Source of the DNA: an uncultured Candidatus Saccharibacteria bacterium
GTDB lineage: Bacteria; Patescibacteriota; Saccharimonadia; Saccharimonadales; Saccharimonadaceae
Assembly (NCBI GenBank): GCA_964428955.1
Contig: CAYSAD010000001.1
Location: 19,561-83,560 of the forward strand
Length of the DNA: 64,000 bases
Direction of reading: 5' to 3'
This document shows positions 61,605 through 64,000 of the stretch, piece after piece. The notes below the pieces were generated by a model that was given only the letters and a program-made list of their open reading frames with translations, was not told the DNA's origin and searched no databases. How positions within the stretch are numbered: position 1 is the first letter of the stretch; every line of letters begins with the position of its first letter. The translations under genes and the position numbers were made by a program.

Positions 61605-62825
61605 TCAGCGACGGTAGAGGGCAAACCGCGGCGTGGCGATGATCAAAGTCACTACTGCAGCAATCGCGAAAAATATCTTCAGAGAAAACGCGCCATCGTG
61701 CCACATAAACAACGAACCAAGACCGATTGCCCCGATCGCTGCTCCGAAATTAACGATCATTTCGATCAGGAATAGATATTCTATCCGCTTGCCAGAGTTA
61801 TCGGCCGTATCAAACATGCCACGTGTAAAAGCCATTGTGTAACCAGTCGTTGCCGCCTCATTAATAATATTTACCATAACTACGCCGATTGGCGTCACGA
61901 CGAACGGCCGAAAAAGGTGCGTCAGACTGTTCATGGATACGCCGAATCGAAGTAGATCACCACCGCGCCGACGATCGATCAGTCGACCATATGCATATGA
62001 CGCAAGTAACGCTACGAATATAGTTACCGATGTCACGAAACCGACTTCAGCATACACCGCGTCGCTCGAGCCGTCGAACACCACCACCGCCATGAACAAT
62101 GTCCAGGCCGTACCGGTAGTAAAGACGTCGAAGCCAATCGAACCCTCTGCTACCAGGCTACGCCAGGTTGCCCGCCACGGAAAACCGGAAAAATCAGGTC
62201 GCCGATGTATCCGCGTCGGCTCGCCAGTTCTAAACAATGGCACAGCCGATAGCATGAATAATATCGCTGAAACGACCATCACCAGTTCCGGCCCGAACCA
62301 AAAGGCTATCGCGCCACCGATGACTGGACTGAGGCCCGTGGCAACTTTTTCAAAGATATTCATGTAGCCGATCTCCTTGCCGGCGTTGAGTATATTCTTA
62401 ACCTTTGAGAAATCAACCATATAGCAAAGATCGTTCAGACTGCCCGAGAAAGCTTGCAAAACACACCAGATAATCAACGCATACAGTCCATACTGTTCTA
62501 CCGCCACGAACGGTAAAAACAACATGGCTACCGCTGAGACGATATTGCTGACAAGCGTGCCGTGTTTTGGACCAAAATGGGCGGCAATAAGTGCTGACGG
62601 CCAAGAAAATGGTATCTTTAGGATATAGAAGCCAGCCCAGAAAAAGGCGATGAAAGCTAGGCTATAACCTTCTTGATACAAGTAAATCGACGTGAAGACC
62701 GACACCATTCGAAGAGCGAATATCCGCATCGTTCGCGAAGCGTAGAGCTCGGCGACTTCACTGAAGGTGGCGTATCGCCAGAAATGACGTCGCAGTAGCA
62801 ACCGATGAATAATGCCTTGTATCAT
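61605..62825 (-). CDS. MFS-type transporter
   Basis: 406 aa, about 12 TM helices in a 6+6 arrangement. Confidence 0.75.
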   Translation of the reverse strand: MIQGIIHRLLLRRHFWRYATFSEVAELYASRTMRIFALRMVSVFTSIYLYQEGYSLAFIAFFWAGFYILKIPFSWPSALIAAHFGPKHGTLVSNIVSAVAMLFLPFVAVEQYGLYALIIWCVLQAFSGSLNDLCYMVDFSKVKNILNAGKEIGYMNIFEKVATGLSPVIGGAIAFWFGPELVMVVSAILFMLSAVPLFRTGEPTRIHRRPDFSGFPWRATWRSLVAEGSIGFDVFTTGTAWTLFMAVVVFDGSSDAVYAEVGFVTSVTIFVALLASYAYGRLIDRRRGGDLLRFGVSMNSLTHLFRPFVVTPIGVVMVNIINEAATTGYTMAFTRGMFDTADNSGKRIEYLFLIEMIVNFGAAIGAIGLGSLFMWHDGAFSLKIFFAIAAVVTLIIATPRFALYRR

Positions 62826-62870
62826 GATGCCCTTTTACTTACGTGTTTGTTATACGGTTCTTTTCTTTAG

Positions 62871-62876
62871 TATACT
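62871..62876 (+). promoter_or_regulatory. -10 TATACT 6 nt upstream of the murC ATG (leaderless-type)
   Basis: TATACT at 62871-62876. Spacer ACAGAT, ATG at 62883. Confidence 0.45.
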
Positions 62877-62882
62877 ACAGAT

Positions 62883-64000
62883 ATGAATATATACTTTTCC
62901 GGAATCGGTGGTGTCGGAATCGGCCCGTTGGCGGAAATTGCGCAGGGTGCTGGCTACCAGGTGCAAGGTTCGGATAGACAGGCAAGTTCGGTAACTCGTG
63001 AACTAATTGAGCGCGGTATTGCAGTAGAGTTGTCACAAGACGGCTTCTTTTTGGAAGCTTGCCACGCAGCTAGTCCGCTCGACTGGTTCGTCTACACTGC
63101 TTCCCTGCCAGCTGATCACCCAGAACTGCTCTTAGCAAAAAAGCTCGGCATCAAAACCGCCAAACGCGACGAATTGCTCGCCCACATCATCACCGAAAAA
63201 AACCTCAAGCTCATCGCCGCGGCCGGTACGCACGGCAAGACAACCACAACCGGCATGCTGGTTTGGACATTGCAACAGCTCGGCACTCCCGTCAGTTATT
63301 CGATTGGCACAACGATTGGTTTTGGCCCCAGCGGTAAATTTGATCCCGCCAGCGAATATTTTATCTACGAATGCGACGAATTCGACCGCAATTTCCTGCA
63401 CTTCTCGCCGTTTCTTTCGCTCGTCACTTCGATTGATTATGACCATCCTGACACCTACCCGACCGAGGCTATGTATCTCGATGCCTTCAAGGAGTTCGGC
63501 GAAAAGTCTGAACAGCTTATTGCATGGCAAAACCAGCACGGCGAACTCTTCGCCAATCATCCGGATGCCTGGTTACTCGACGCACCGCTCGAAACCAAAC
63601 TAGCTGGCGCCCATAATCGCCGCAACGCCACACTAGTACTCAAGGCCATCGAAAAATTAGGCATTGCTGGTGATGCGCTTCCCACGATAGAGCGTTTCCC
63701 TGGTACTAATCGCCGGTTCGAAAAACTGGCCGATAATCTTTACAGCGATTACGGCCATCACCCGGTCGAGATCGCCGCCACCCTGCAGATGGCTCGCGAA
63801 CTGTCCGACCATGTCGTTCTCGTCTATCAACCGCACCAGAACCTTCGTCAGCATGAAATCAGAAGTCTGTACACTGATTGTTTCGAGCTGGCTGAAAAGG
63901 TGTACTGGCTACCGACCTATCTCAGCCGTGAAGACCCGAACTTGACAATTCTTACACCAGAAGAATTGACCGAAGGTATCACGAATAAGTCTACCGTTCG
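62883..64000 (+). CDS. murC: UDP-N-acetylmuramate--L-alanine ligase (MurC/Mpl family), 3' end outside the window
   Basis: Own translation: MNIYFSGIGGVGIGPLAEIAQGAGYQVQGSD...AAAGTHGKTTTTGML...YECDEFDRNF...DYGHHPVEI. It runs open to the window end and is absent from the ORF track for that reason. Confidence 0.88.
   Translation, partial: MNIYFSGIGGVGIGPLAEIAQGAGYQVQGSDRQASSVTRELIERGIAVELSQDGFFLEACHAASPLDWFVYTASLPADHPELLLAKKLGIKTAKRDELLAHIITEKNLKLIAAAGTHGKTTTTGMLVWTLQQLGTPVSYSIGTTIGFGPSGKFDPASEYFIYECDEFDRNFLHFSPFLSLVTSIDYDHPDTYPTEAMYLDAFKEFGEKSEQLIAWQNQHGELFANHPDAWLLDAPLETKLAGAHNRRNATLVLKAIEKLGIAGDALPTIERFPGTNRRFEKLADNLYSDYGHHPVEIAATLQMARELSDHVVLVYQPHQNLRQHEIRSLYTDCFELAEKVYWLPTYLSREDPNLTILTPEELTEGITNKSTV

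Noticed and set aside
63132-63560. 142-aa minus-strand ORF
   Set aside because: It is antisense to the clear MurC reading frame (GTHGKTTTT and others), which was missing from the ORF track only because it runs off the window.
1-64000. Search for mobile elements, prophage genes, toxin-antitoxin pairs, restriction-modification or other recognisable defence genes
   Set aside because: No integrase, transposase, phage structural, nuclease-methylase or classic TA signatures were recognisable in any listed ORF. The only integration-like trace is the tRNA-fMet fragment repeat reported as a finding.

Overview
This is a 64-kb window, about 90% coding and mostly on the minus strand. I see no rRNA, CRISPR array, transposase or integrase. 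The content is core housekeeping of a small-genome, monoderm-type bacterium. Peptidoglycan genes: HTH-fused murA, murC, murJ, murT-gatD, PBP1A. Type IV pilus: a pilB-pilC-pilM-pilN-pilO-like cluster without a secretin, plus a separate pilin. Recombination and competence: recA-recX, ruvA/B/C, yebC, comEC. Heat shock: hrcA, grpE, dnaK, dnaJ with four CIRCE operators. Others: glyA, lepA, ftsH, tilS, rny, tsaB/tsaE, a Y-family polymerase, rimK, an ABC-2 exporter and an MFS transporter. Eight tRNAs: His, Gly, Arg, Pro, Lys, elongator Met, initiator Met and an Ile2-type CAT. The truncated tsaB, short hrcA, comEC without a nuclease domain, pilus genes and many tiny membrane ORFs look Patescibacteria/CPR, Saccharibacteria-like. 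That placement is inference only. The ORF track counts TTG/GTG as Met, so several starts were re-derived from the DNA. Six items deserve a second look. (1) A 3-gene operon at 54562-56956: a 6-TM protein with paired ACGL motifs, a stand-alone ATP-cone, and a flavoprotein disulfide-reductase homologue lacking both redox cysteines. (2) A membrane-anchored double-AAA+ Clp/Hsp100-like protein at 4949-7420 with a degenerate D1 and no pore-loop tyrosines, coupled to a small membrane protein. (3) About 25 genes with a TATAAT/TATACT hexamer only 6-9 nt upstream of the ATG and no SD, suggesting pervasive leaderless mRNAs. (4) CIRCE operators whose 9-nt spacers carry the -35 hexamer of the heat-shock promoters. 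(5) A two-LTD, three-Cys-loop, C-terminally anchored surface protein inserted in the yebC-ruvC locus. (6) Fragments of the initiator tRNA T-arm forming an inverted repeat beside that tRNA. None of these is proven novel; all functional calls rest on by-eye motif recognition and need database or experimental checks.
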